A stretch of DNA of 64,000 nucleotides from Alphaproteobacteria bacterium. Its GTDB lineage: Bacteria > Pseudomonadota > Alphaproteobacteria > SP197. Under the pieces are notes generated by a model. That model had not been told where the DNA came from. It saw only the letters and a list, made by a program, of their open reading frames with translations, and did not search any database. Below, piece after piece: positions 29,604 through 39,356 of this stretch; position 1 is the first letter of the stretch, and every line of letters begins with the position of its first letter. The stretch covers positions 4,256,001 to 4,320,000 of the forward strand of contig OZ245842.1 in NCBI GenBank assembly GCA_965228895.1. Reading direction: 5' to 3'. Position numbers and translations under genes: made by a program.

Positions 29604-30503
29604 ATGCACCTTCGCAACGTCTACTTAGCAAGTATGGTAATGGTCGTCTGGGCCGGAGTGGCTGAGGCCGCGCCTCAGACTTTCAACACAGCGCTGCCTG
29701 TCGCTGAGGGCGAGTTCGTTTTTCGCGAGCAATTTGTCTATCGAAAGGCGACCGACGACCCAAGCCCAGCCGACCGAGATCTGCAAGTGCTTGGCGGCAT
29801 TTCTGTCCTTGGGTATGGGGTGAGCGGTGACCTCGCTATCTTCGGCGTGCTTCCCTATCTGGACAAGGAGCTAGATGTTACGACAACGGGGGGCCAGCGT
29901 GTTACGCGGCAGACAAATGGCATCGGTGACGCCCGCTTGTTCGGTCGCTACACCGTCTATCAGGATGACGCGCCGGGGCGTACTTTCCGCGTCGCACCGT
30001 TTCTTGGCCTTGAGCTACCAACGGGAGATGACGACGACAGCGACAGCCTTGGGACTTTGCCCGCTCCCTTGCAGCTCGGCTCGGGTTCCTGGGATCCCTT
30101 TGGTGGTGTTGTTCTCACTTATCAGACCCTTGATTTTCAGATAGATGCCCAAGCCAGTTACAAGGCTAACACGGAAGCAAACGGCTTCGCGTTTGGTGAT
30201 GAGGCCCGCCTCGATGGTTCCCTTCAGTATCGACTGTGGCCACGCGAGCTGGGCTCCGGGGTGCCAGCCTTTCTCTACGGGGTTCTTGAAGGGAACCTCA
30301 TCAATCAGGCCGAGAACGAGGTGAATGGTGTCAAGAACGCCAATTCCGGCGGCACCTCGTTCTTTCTCGCTCCGGGACTTCAGTACGTTACGAAGCGATG
30401 GATTTTGGAAGGCATCGTCCAGGTCCCCGTCGTTCAAGACCTTAATGGCACGGCTTTGGAGGATGATTTTATTTTCCGCGCCGGGTTCCGGCTCAACTTC
30501 TGA
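29604..30503 (+). CDS. Putative outer-membrane beta-barrel transporter
   Basis: Signal peptide, GIGDARL, LELPTG, LGSGSWD, amphipathic strands, C-terminal Phe. Confidence 0.78.
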   Translation: MHLRNVYLASMVMVVWAGVAEAAPQTFNTALPVAEGEFVFREQFVYRKATDDPSPADRDLQVLGGISVLGYGVSGDLAIFGVLPYLDKELDVTTTGGQRVTRQTNGIGDARLFGRYTVYQDDAPGRTFRVAPFLGLELPTGDDDDSDSLGTLPAPLQLGSGSWDPFGGVVLTYQTLDFQIDAQASYKANTEANGFAFGDEARLDGSLQYRLWPRELGSGVPAFLYGVLEGNLINQAENEVNGVKNANSGGTSFFLAPGLQYVTKRWILEGIVQVPVVQDLNGTALEDDFIFRAGFRLNF

Positions 30504-30515
30504 GGTGCTGGAGCG

Positions 30516-31487
30516 ATGTGGAAAAAGCTTCTCAGGATTGCCGGTACATGTGTGTTGGTCCTCGCTGCTTTGGTTGTGGGCGCGTGGTTGGCGTTTGTGC
30601 CATCTGCCAAAGAACCGGACTATCAATTCATGTCTAGCTGGGGTGACGAGGGAACCGGACCAGGACAATTCCACGACCCCACAGGTATTGCCATTTCAGG
30701 CAATGAGGTTTTTGTGTCAGATGCCCGGAACGGGCGCATTCAGGTCTTCGACGTGGTGGGCAAATTCCTACGGTCCTTTGGAGGGGTCGGGGATGGTCCC
30801 GGTGAGCTTGGCCGCCCCATGAACTTGGTCGTCCAGGGTAGCGAGCTTTATGTGCCTGAGTATTTCAATGATCGCGTCCAAGTGTTCGGGCTGGACGGAA
30901 CGCCCGAACGAATAATCGGCGGGCCGGGCAGCGGCCCCGGACAATTTAACGCCCCTGGCGGGATCGCTGTGGGCTTGGATGGATTTCTCTATGTGGCCGA
31001 TTTCTATAACCAGCGCGTCCAGAAGCTAGAGCCCGACGGCACCTTCGTCAGCCAGTGGGGTAAGACCGGTGAAGTCGGCATCTGGAAGAATGAGTTCAAT
31101 TATCCAACGGATGTGGCACTCGGACTGGACGGCACGCTCTACGTTGCTGACGGCTACAACGACCGGATACAAGCCTTCGACCCAACCGGAGAGTTCTCCC
31201 ACAAATGGGGCGGACCATTCGCTATAAATGTTTTCGGCCCATTCAACGGCTGGTTCACGACCGCAACCAGTGTCGCAGTAGACAGCTATGGCAATGTTTT
31301 TGTCGCGGATTTCTACAATCACCGGGTTCAGAAATTCGCCGCGAATGGCAGCTTCTTGACGAGCTTCGGAAGGCAAGGCGCTGGGCCTGGTGAGTTTGAA
31401 TATCCTTCGGCGGTTGCTGTGGCGAGTGACGGCACGGTGTTTGTTGCCGACTTTGGCAACAACCGCATTCAGAGGTGGGGCCAGTAG
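30516..31487 (+). CDS. NHL-repeat beta-propeller protein with N-terminal anchor
   Basis: Six F..P.G(I/V)A...(L/V)(Y/F)VAD..N.R(I/V)Q repeats. Confidence 0.9.
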   Translation: MWKKLLRIAGTCVLVLAALVVGAWLAFVPSAKEPDYQFMSSWGDEGTGPGQFHDPTGIAISGNEVFVSDARNGRIQVFDVVGKFLRSFGGVGDGPGELGRPMNLVVQGSELYVPEYFNDRVQVFGLDGTPERIIGGPGSGPGQFNAPGGIAVGLDGFLYVADFYNQRVQKLEPDGTFVSQWGKTGEVGIWKNEFNYPTDVALGLDGTLYVADGYNDRIQAFDPTGEFSHKWGGPFAINVFGPFNGWFTTATSVAVDSYGNVFVADFYNHRVQKFAANGSFLTSFGRQGAGPGEFEYPSAVAVASDGTVFVADFGNNRIQRWGQ

Positions 31488-31604
31488 ATTGCCATCCCAT
31501 GCACTTCTGTTATGCACCGAACAGCGGATGAAATGAGGGGAATAGCGGACATTTGACATGAGTCGCACAATTTCTTTTCTTGCGACATACGTGGGTCAGT
31601 CTGA

Positions 31605-31847
<243 letters not shown>

Positions 31848-31877
31848 GAACCGGAAAAGCGAAAACGGGAGCGCCCC

Positions 31878-32299
31878 ATGTTTAAAAAGTTCGATTTTTA
31901 CACGACCGCTGCACCAGCTGCGCTGATCGTGGGGTTCTGCTGGGTCTATGTCGCCATGGTCTTCCTGAAAATTCCCGGTTGGCCTGCCATGGTGGGTATG
32001 GCCGGCTACTACGCGGTAGGTGGTCTCGCCTGCCATGAGCGTCATGACAATGGGTTAAAGTCACTCAAGGGTCTGTTGCTCGGTGTCATTGCTAGTTGGG
32101 TTGCGGTAACGGTCTGGACGTACTTTTTCAAGGGCAATCCTGTCGCCATGGGACTTGCGATGGGGATCATCGTTGTCGCACTTGTCCTGTCGACCAAGCT
32201 GCGCTTTTGGGGCGACAACCATTTCATTGCGATGCCTCAAGCTTTCCTGGGTGCGACGATCTATTTTGGTTTGTTCAACACCTTCATGATGGCACAGGG
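31878..32299 (+). pseudogene. Second DUF1097-like gene truncated by IS3
   Basis: Paralog of 26962-27564, cut at the IS end. Confidence 0.88.
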
Positions 32300-32317
32300 T
32301 GAATAGCCCCGCGTTTT

Positions 32318-33193
32318 CTAGACGCCTTCGGTCTTGGTTTTCTGCTGGCGTTCGAACTGGACGGGCGACAGCATCCCGTTTCTCACGTGTTTGCGCTTGG
32401 GATTGTAGAACATCTCGATGTAGTCGAACACATCCTGCCTTGCCTCGGCGCGGGTCTTGTAGGTCCGGCGTCTTATCCGCTCGCGCTTCAGCAGGTTGAA
32501 GAAGCTCTCGGCCACGGCGTTGTCATGGCAGTTCCCGCGCCTGCTCATCGAATGCTCGAGGTTGTGAGCCTTGATGAACGCCGCCCAGTCCATGCTGGTG
32601 AACTGCGAGCCCTGGTCGGAGTGGACGAGCACCTTGTGCTTTGGCTTCCGGCGCCACACCGCCATGAGCAAAGCCTGCAGGACAACATCGGTCGTCTGGC
32701 GGCTCTGCATCGACCAGCCGACCACACGGCGGGAGTACAGATCGATCACCACGGCCAGATAGGCGAAGCCTTCGAGCGTCCTGATATAGGTGATGTCGGT
32801 GACCCAGACCCCGTCGGGCGCGTCCACATCGAACTGCCTATCCAGCGTATTGTCGACCACCACTGATGGCTTGCCGCCATAGGTGCCGGGCCGGCGCATG
32901 TAACCGATCTGGGCCTTGATGCCTGCCAACCTGGCCAGACGGGCCACACGGTTCGGGCAGCACGTCTCGCCCTGGTCCAGCAGATCATCATGAAGCTTGC
33001 GATAGCCGTAGATCCTGCCGCTCTCCTTCCAGGCCTTCCGGATGAGTGCGGTCTGGCGGGCATCTTCGCGTGCCCGCTTGCTCAGCGGGTGCTTGAGCCA
33101 CGCATAGAAGCCGCTCGGATGAAGGCGCAGGCAGCGACACATCGCCCGTACCGAGAACACAGGGCGATGCCCGGCGATGAACGCGAATCTCAC
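32318..33193 (-). CDS. IS3 OrfB transposase
   Basis: Protein identical to 11094-11969. Confidence 0.93.
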   Translation of the reverse strand: MRFAFIAGHRPVFSVRAMCRCLRLHPSGFYAWLKHPLSKRAREDARQTALIRKAWKESGRIYGYRKLHDDLLDQGETCCPNRVARLARLAGIKAQIGYMRRPGTYGGKPSVVVDNTLDRQFDVDAPDGVWVTDITYIRTLEGFAYLAVVIDLYSRRVVGWSMQSRQTTDVVLQALLMAVWRRKPKHKVLVHSDQGSQFTSMDWAAFIKAHNLEHSMSRRGNCHDNAVAESFFNLLKRERIRRRTYKTRAEARQDVFDYIEMFYNPKRKHVRNGMLSPVQFERQQKTKTEGV

Positions 33194-33458
33194 TTTGCAT
33201 CCCTGGCGAAATACGCGGTGGCTTTTTTAGAATGTCGCGCTCCTCGGTCACGCGGGCGAGCTCGCGCTTCAGACGCCTGATCTCGGCATCCTTCCCGGCC
33301 TCTCCCGAAGATGCCCTCGCGTACTTCCGCTTCCAGGCGTAGAGCGAATGCTGGCTCACCCCAAGACGCTGCGAAACCTCCGCAACAGGATAGCCGCGCT
33401 CGGTGATCTGCGCCACCGCGTCCCGTTTGAAGTCCTCACTGAAATTGGCTTTACCCAT
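32988..33458 (-). CDS. IS3 OrfA
   Basis: Protein identical to 10829-11299. Confidence 0.85.
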   Translation of the reverse strand: MGKANFSEDFKRDAVAQITERGYPVAEVSQRLGVSQHSLYAWKRKYARASSGEAGKDAEIRRLKRELARVTEERDILKKPPRISPGMQSEIRVHRRASPCVLGTGDVSLPAPSSERLLCVAQAPAEQAGTRRCPPDRTHPEGLEGERQDLRLSQAS

Positions 33459-33517
33459 CTGTGCCTCCTTGCCTCAAAATTAGGGAAGAAGGCGTCTACA
33501 AATCTAGGGGCTATTCA

Positions 33518-34053
33518 CAACGATTGCATTGAGAACACGCAAACGTCGTCTCTCAAACTTGTCATCAAAGATTGGTCTTTCCCAACTTGGCGCGTAATCC
33601 GAATCCGACTGCTTTCGTACCCGCTCCTCTTCTTCATCCAGCAAACGGCGAATGTGAGGGTGTGCCTTTTCGGGTAGTCGAGGAACCGTAACTCTTGGAA
33701 CCATCTCTCTGACGTGTTCTGCGACATCAGAGATGTCGTTCTCGAACACCGGTGGTTCGGGATCCGAGTTAAGAATCTTATCCTTTGTCGGGGTGGAATA
33801 GTACCGATCAGCCCGACGGCCGATGCACACTTTGTCGGACATGCCAGGCCCACGTGCTGGTAACTCTTGGCGAGTTACACTCTTACCAGCGGTATGCTTG
33901 GCCCAATAGCCACGCGGGGGGTCTCGGAATGTTTGCTTTCTTGCATGCCTTGGCCAGCCCGACATCCGAAAGGCCAAACTCTTCGGCAAGCTTCCTTATC
34001 GGCCTAGTCCAAACAAGATCATAAAGCTCCTGGCGAGTGAAGGTGTGAGGCAT
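33518..34053 (-). pseudogene. Island-associated HTH protein, frameshifted and IS-truncated
   Basis: MPHTFTRQELYDLVW..LAEEFGLSDVGLAKACKKANIPRPP/RGYWAK; extra base in the G6 run at 33916-33921. Confidence 0.75.
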
Positions 34054-34311
34054 CGCGCTTCTCCAGCAAATGTAGAGACTGACAATTGGTCAGCCTACAT
34101 CGGCCTAAGAAGCAGTTAGCTCGCTCGCCGCAGCAGAGTCATGTTCGCATCATGCCCTTTAAACCACCGCCAAATGACTGCGCGTTGAGGCCTCTTGAAT
34201 CCACGCCTCAAGGTTGAAGTTTCAATCGCCAATACACTATACTTTTAGGTGTAGTAGATTGTCGATAACCACGAGGGTGTCAGCTCTCACCTCAGCGTTG
34301 GAGTACCATGC

Positions 34312-34602
34312 ATGAAGCGATGGTCAGCATGGGTGGCAGCGACAGCATTCATAGGTGCGACTTGCCCGTCGCACGCCCAGCCGAGTGACGATGAGGTCCG
34401 CCGAATGATAATCGCTGAGTCAATCAGCTCTTATCCTGGACCTTGCGCGTGCCCTTACAACACCGCTAGCAATGGAAGCCGATGTGGCGGCAGAAGCGCC
34501 TGGAGCAAACCTGGCGGATACGACCCAATCTGCTATCCCGACGAGATCTCAGACGAACAGGTGGAGAGTTATCGTACGAGGCATGGCCTTCCAGCGAACT
34601 GA
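34312..34602 (+). CDS. Small exported Cys-containing hypothetical protein
   Basis: SD, signal peptide, YPGPCACPY..CGGRSAWSKPGG..CYP. Confidence 0.8.
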   Translation: MKRWSAWVAATAFIGATCPSHAQPSDDEVRRMIIAESISSYPGPCACPYNTASNGSRCGGRSAWSKPGGYDPICYPDEISDEQVESYRTRHGLPAN

Positions 34603-34661
34603 AATGCGGCCGTGCAACACTGTCAAAAGAATTGCCAGCACCACGACGGAGGCTATGCCCA

Positions 34662-34943
34662 ATGACGACTACCTACATTGCCTGCCTGAGGAAAGACGCC
34701 CAAGGTCATCTCGTTGTCACTTTCCCCGATTGCCCAGACTGCAAAGCTACTGGGCGCGATCTAATTGAAGCTGCGGATCGCGCCGTCGACGCACTATCAA
34801 AGCACCTCGCAGAATCGGTGGCAGCAGGTGTAACCCTTCCAGTGCCTAGTACGTTTGATGACGTGCTCGAAATGTACGGGCCAGACTCCTCAATCCTGAT
34901 TGGGGTCGATCCGGAACAGCAATCTAATCCAGCAACTTCCTAA
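34662..34943 (+). CDS. HicB-like antitoxin-fold protein
   Basis: VVTFPDCPDCKATGRDLIEA..A.DAL..LPVPS. Confidence 0.7.
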   Translation: MTTTYIACLRKDAQGHLVVTFPDCPDCKATGRDLIEAADRAVDALSKHLAESVAAGVTLPVPSTFDDVLEMYGPDSSILIGVDPEQQSNPATS

Positions 34944-34954
34944 CGAGATGCGAT

Positions 34955-35827
34955 TCACGCCGCCTCAATCATCTTGTCGAACTCTTCTAAGATCGCTGGG
35001 TAGTGGCCATTGAGGTAGCGTCGGATTTGCTCGTTGTTGATTAACTTGACGATGTATCCCCGTGCCAAGACGAGATCCAGGTGATCAGCAGCGAAGGATC
35101 GTTCCGCCAGCCTAAACTCCCGTTCAAGGTTCGCGGATTCCTTTTCCATCGCGGCTGTTTGGTCGGCTGACAAGCCCTTCTTCCGCTTCTTTTTCTCGAT
35201 CAATTGCACCTGTGGCGTCGCCGCCACCAGTGATTTTGCATAGGGAACCGAGAACTTGTTCATCGCCACCATAAGCTCAGCGGCTTCAATCTGTCGAAGC
35301 TGTTTCAACTTCTTTAGCTGCAGGAAAGTGTTCAGCGGAACGTTCTTATCGTTGAGGATAGCCACGACCTCAGGACATATTCCGTTAAGCAGCTGTCTCT
35401 TCGCCCGAAGGCTTTTGATGTTGACGTTGAGTGCTTTTGCCAGTCGTTCCTCTGGAACACCTCTCTTAACGGCTTCGAGGATCATCCGGTGCTCCTGAAC
35501 GATTGTTAGCCGATTGATCCGCTTGTTGTACGTGAAAGACTCATCGTCAGTCGAAACCAGGCAAGTCACTGTGGTGTTGCCGAGATCTTTCAAGACCTCC
35601 AGGCGTAAATGTCCATCAACCAGCAGAAACTTCCCTCTTTTGTGCCGAGCAACAACCGGGGGCTCGACCATGCCTACCTCTTCTATTGAAGAGGCAATCT
35701 GAACGTACTTGGCGGAATGCTTGATTGAATCGGTGACCAACTTCAACGGCAGGATGTCTTTGATCGGGATGCCCACGCCATCCGGCTCAAATCCGATGGA
35801 AACCAACGGCTGTTCATCTTTGTTCAT
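34955..35827 (-). CDS. ParB-like protein with RepB C-terminal-type domain
   Basis: SIEEVGMVEPPVV, LVDGHLRL, central HTH. Confidence 0.85.
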   Translation of the reverse strand: MNKDEQPLVSIGFEPDGVGIPIKDILPLKLVTDSIKHSAKYVQIASSIEEVGMVEPPVVARHKRGKFLLVDGHLRLEVLKDLGNTTVTCLVSTDDESFTYNKRINRLTIVQEHRMILEAVKRGVPEERLAKALNVNIKSLRAKRQLLNGICPEVVAILNDKNVPLNTFLQLKKLKQLRQIEAAELMVAMNKFSVPYAKSLVAATPQVQLIEKKKRKKGLSADQTAAMEKESANLEREFRLAERSFAADHLDLVLARGYIVKLINNEQIRRYLNGHYPAILEEFDKMIEAA

Positions 35828-36696
35828 GCGGCTTGCCTCGCGCGCTCAGCAAGATTGGCCGGCATGTCGTGCAAACCCTCGGCACGCAGCAACGTTACGA
35901 AATGCTCGTCAGAGAACAGCGTACGTAGCGCCTCGCCCAGAAACGTCAGCTGATCTCGTGCAGCATCAGCCTTGGCCACGAGCTGGCGTTTTCGCTCCGC
36001 GTCTTCATGATAGGCCTTGAGGAGCATTGTCGTGGAGACCTCGTGCGCCTTGGGCCGTCGGGTAGGGTTCGCGCCCTTTCCACTACGACGTCGTCTTTCA
36101 ATCACACGCCTAGCAGCGCGGAGTTCCTTGCCGCGGAGTTTGTTGCTCTCATAGGCGCGCTGCAGTGCTGCTTGGATGTCCGTGTCATCCGCCTCGGCAA
36201 TGTCCGTGGCAATAGTGATGGGGATCTGTCCGGTCTCGACAGCAGTGAGGAGCTTGTGCTCGCCCTTCGACAATAGCCGCAGAACGTCGCGCACATAGTC
36301 AATGGAAAGGCCGGTCTTTTTGGCGATCTCGGCAAGAGAATAGCCGCGCTCTGCCAGATTGCCGATGTTCGTCAGAAGCTCTACCGCACCATGGTTTCGC
36401 CTGGCGCAGTTCTCGACCAGGCTCATGACAAGACAGTCGTCTTGTTCGCCTTCGATGACAACGGCGGGTATCACTGGTTGTCCCAACAGTTGAAACGCCT
36501 CCAGTCGTCCCTGCCCGCACACCAAGTCGTAGCCCGGGCTGTTCCTTCTGCTGCGCCTGACGGTGATTGGGCGCTTCAATCCGACCCGCTCGATACTTGT
36601 CACGATCTCGTTAAAGACCTTGAGGTTTCTGCTCCTGGGATTGATCACCGAAATCGAGTCGATCGGAATCATTTCAACCCGAAGGTTTTGGTTCAT
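35824..36696 (-). CDS. ParB/RepB-family protein
   Basis: NPR, SIERVGLKRPITV, VCGQGRLEA, SLVENCAR, HTH. Confidence 0.88.
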   Translation of the reverse strand: MNQNLRVEMIPIDSISVINPRSRNLKVFNEIVTSIERVGLKRPITVRRSRRNSPGYDLVCGQGRLEAFQLLGQPVIPAVVIEGEQDDCLVMSLVENCARRNHGAVELLTNIGNLAERGYSLAEIAKKTGLSIDYVRDVLRLLSKGEHKLLTAVETGQIPITIATDIAEADDTDIQAALQRAYESNKLRGKELRAARRVIERRRRSGKGANPTRRPKAHEVSTTMLLKAYHEDAERKRQLVAKADAARDQLTFLGEALRTLFSDEHFVTLLRAEGLHDMPANLAERARQAA

Positions 36697-38255
36697 GACA
36701 TGACCTCCATGACGTTGGTTCGGGCCGTCAGCTGAAAGAGCCCATCGAGCACCTCTGTTCGGTAGGCCTCTAAGGCGATCCAGTTGTTCTCTCTCAACCG
36801 CATGTACGGGAACGTGATCTCCGCTGTTGGGAACAGGAAGTAGTCGAGTGGAGAACGGTTAAGGGAGTCCATGCGTACAACAAGTGTAAGGTCTGACCGC
36901 AGTTCTTCATCTGGCCGTATGAGCCACTTTCTTGTCCCTTCGTCACTGGTACGGCAGCGTGCAACGCAGACATAGATCCGTATCTCATTGTTGACGCTGA
37001 GGACCGGGACATCAGTATCCTGCTCAACGCTCCCACCATTCTTCTCAATGACTTGGGTAGAGTGTGCGACGGTCTGGGATTGGACACTTCGGAGGGAAGC
37101 GGACTGTTCAAGGTGGCGGTAGTTTTTGTCGCCGTCATAGCCAACAAGCTCATAGGCTTTCCGCAAGCTGCCGAACCGTGTGTGATAGGATCTTGAACAT
37201 GGCACCTCACGGGCTCGATCGATGGAGTTGCTGGTCAGATAGCCCTGTGAATTCAGCAAGGACCTGAGTGCCTCAAGCATCTCGTCCTCGGTGTAGCGCG
37301 GTGTTCGCTCGCTTAGCTTTCTCTGTGCCGCCTCAAACAAAGAGCGCTCAACGATGGGCTCAAACGCGTTCTCGTGCTTGATCCACATGTCCTCGCGATT
37401 GCGGGTTCGGTCCGTTCCCAGTTTGAGCGACGTGCGGTTCCAAACATGGTGGCCGATATAGCGTTCGTTGTTCAGGGCCCGATTGACCGAGCCAATTGTC
37501 CACGGCTGTCCACTTGCTGTCCTGATGTTGCGCCGATTGAGCTCAGCAGCAATCTTGCTCTCTGAGAGACCCTCTTGGACGAATGCTGTGAAGATCCATT
37601 GGACCGCCTTGACCTCCCGCTTTGGACCGGGAACCAGAAGCGTTCGGTCGGAGTGCGCCGCTTTGTATTCGCCTGGCTTTAGGATGCCCTTTGGTCGACC
37701 ACGATCATCAACAACCATTCGCCTCAGGCCGAAGCCAGGCGGCCCGCCGGTGTAATAGCCAAGTATGACTAGCCGGGAGAGCCCGGCGAACACTTTGGCT
37801 GAAAGCTCCCGGCTGTACTCCGCCGCCATAGCGCGTTTGATAGTCTTAACGATGTTCGAAATCGGACTGCCGTCGTTCTCGAACAGCTCTGCGCAGTAGC
37901 GAACCTTGATGCCCTCGCGCTTGCAGATGTGTTCGTAGTAGGCGCTCTCATCGATATCCTGAAAGCGGCCCCAGCGACTGACGTCGTAAACCAGGATGAC
38001 GGAGTAGTCGGCATGGCCTGACTGAACATCCGCAAGGAGTTCTGACAACGCTTCGCGGCCGTCGAGAGTAAGGCCACTCTTTCCTTCATCAGCATAGGTG
38101 CGAACCACCTCAAGTCCGTTGCGGATGGCGAACCGGCCTATGGCCTCTTTCTGGTGAGCCGTTGAGTACTTCTGGTGTTCGGTGGACATGCGGACGTACT
38201 GGGCAGCACTGATTGTGCCACCTAGCTGCGTGAGGTCATCTGATCCTGCTGTCAT
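36693..38255 (-). CDS. Large serine recombinase
   Basis: YVRMSTEHQ, YADEGKSG, DVSRWGR, YSRELSAKV, recombinase domain. Confidence 0.92.
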   Translation of the reverse strand: MTAGSDDLTQLGGTISAAQYVRMSTEHQKYSTAHQKEAIGRFAIRNGLEVVRTYADEGKSGLTLDGREALSELLADVQSGHADYSVILVYDVSRWGRFQDIDESAYYEHICKREGIKVRYCAELFENDGSPISNIVKTIKRAMAAEYSRELSAKVFAGLSRLVILGYYTGGPPGFGLRRMVVDDRGRPKGILKPGEYKAAHSDRTLLVPGPKREVKAVQWIFTAFVQEGLSESKIAAELNRRNIRTASGQPWTIGSVNRALNNERYIGHHVWNRTSLKLGTDRTRNREDMWIKHENAFEPIVERSLFEAAQRKLSERTPRYTEDEMLEALRSLLNSQGYLTSNSIDRAREVPCSRSYHTRFGSLRKAYELVGYDGDKNYRHLEQSASLRSVQSQTVAHSTQVIEKNGGSVEQDTDVPVLSVNNEIRIYVCVARCRTSDEGTRKWLIRPDEELRSDLTLVVRMDSLNRSPLDYFLFPTAEITFPYMRLRENNWIALEAYRTEVLDGLFQLTARTNVMEVMS

Positions 38256-38315
38256 CGCATCAGCCGCATACGTCGTTGATGCTAACGATCAGCCTAGATT
38301 GGGAGGATCAGGAAC

Positions 38316-38678
38316 ATGATTACGAAAATGGGCAACGTTCTTCCGGCCAGCGCTGGCGCCGGTCGACAAAGCCTTCCCTATGCGGCGTTGGTCTCGGGTG
38401 CCCTACGCACGGAGCTTGGTGATACCCACCGAGCCCTCAAGACGATCATGATTTGGACAGGCGTGAGCGAGAGGACCGCCAAGAACTGGTTCCTGGGTAC
38501 CGTGGGTCCTAACGGTGATCACCTTATCAAGCTCGTGAGACATTCGGATGCCGTCTACGAGGCCTTCTTCGCTCGAGCAGAGAGAAATCAGGCGATCACA
38601 ATCCGAAAGCTCCGTGCGACGCGAGCCGTTGTCCAAGAGCTTTTGGCCCACATCGATCGGCTGACCGACGAGGCTTAG
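38316..38678 (+). CDS. Putative HTH protein divergent from the recombinase
   Basis: KTIMIWTGVSERTAKNW..GP.GDHL. Confidence 0.7.
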   Translation: MITKMGNVLPASAGAGRQSLPYAALVSGALRTELGDTHRALKTIMIWTGVSERTAKNWFLGTVGPNGDHLIKLVRHSDAVYEAFFARAERNQAITIRKLRATRAVVQELLAHIDRLTDEA

Positions 38679-38816
38679 CCTCACAATGGGCCAGGGCGAA
38701 GATTCTACTGGACGCAATCTGCACTTGTTCGCATTATGTTCTCACCATGAAGAGAGGCAGATTGGAGCGGAGGGGCTTCATGCGAAACGATCAAACAACA
38801 GGTTGGAGTCGGCCGC

Positions 38817-39074
38817 ATGGACGTCCTTTCATCACTCCTCTCCATCATCGAGAACAACTTGGAGGCGCTTGCGCCAATTCTTGCAGCACTCGTTGGGGTG
38901 TGGGCTTCAAGTCGGATGACACTGCGTAAGTCCGCTGGATGTGTCGACTGCGAATCCGATCACTCTGTGAACAACGAGGTCACGTTGAATGTAACAGTGA
39001 AGTTGAAAGATAACGCTCTATCAAGCCATGCAGCAGATCGGTGTCAGACCAGTGACCAATCTACAAACGACTGA
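38817..39074 (+). CDS. Small hypothetical membrane protein
   Basis: GGAG SD, one TM, CxxC. Confidence 0.4.
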   Translation: MDVLSSLLSIIENNLEALAPILAALVGVWASSRMTLRKSAGCVDCESDHSVNNEVTLNVTVKLKDNALSSHAADRCQTSDQSTND

Positions 39075-39356
39075 GGTAACAAACCTGACGTTATCGGTCC
39101 CGGAATCGATCGAGTAATCTGCATTGTGGAAAATCGGCGCAAAGACGTTGCTTCGCATCAGTCAACTGGAGGCCCACCTTCCACGCGACTCTGCAACAGT
39201 GTTTTTGCAACACCGATCGACAGCAGCTTGCGTGTGTTGGTTTGCGTTGCGCAAACGTGGGTTAGCGGACGAATTAGCATAAAAATGAAACGGCAAAGGA
39301 GAAGTGAGGCAATAGAGATATGGGCCCCAACGCGTAGCGGGAGCCTAGTTCTCAGG

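Larger units (their letters stand above)
32300..33517 (-). mobile_element. IS3-family element, copy 2 (inverted relative to copy 1)
   Basis: Same 1218-bp length, inverted repeats and ORF translations as 10770-11987. Confidence 0.95.

Noticed and set aside
34955-36696. repABC plasmid replicon
   Set aside because: No RepA/ParA or RepC; the genes are coupled to a recombinase in a chromosomal island
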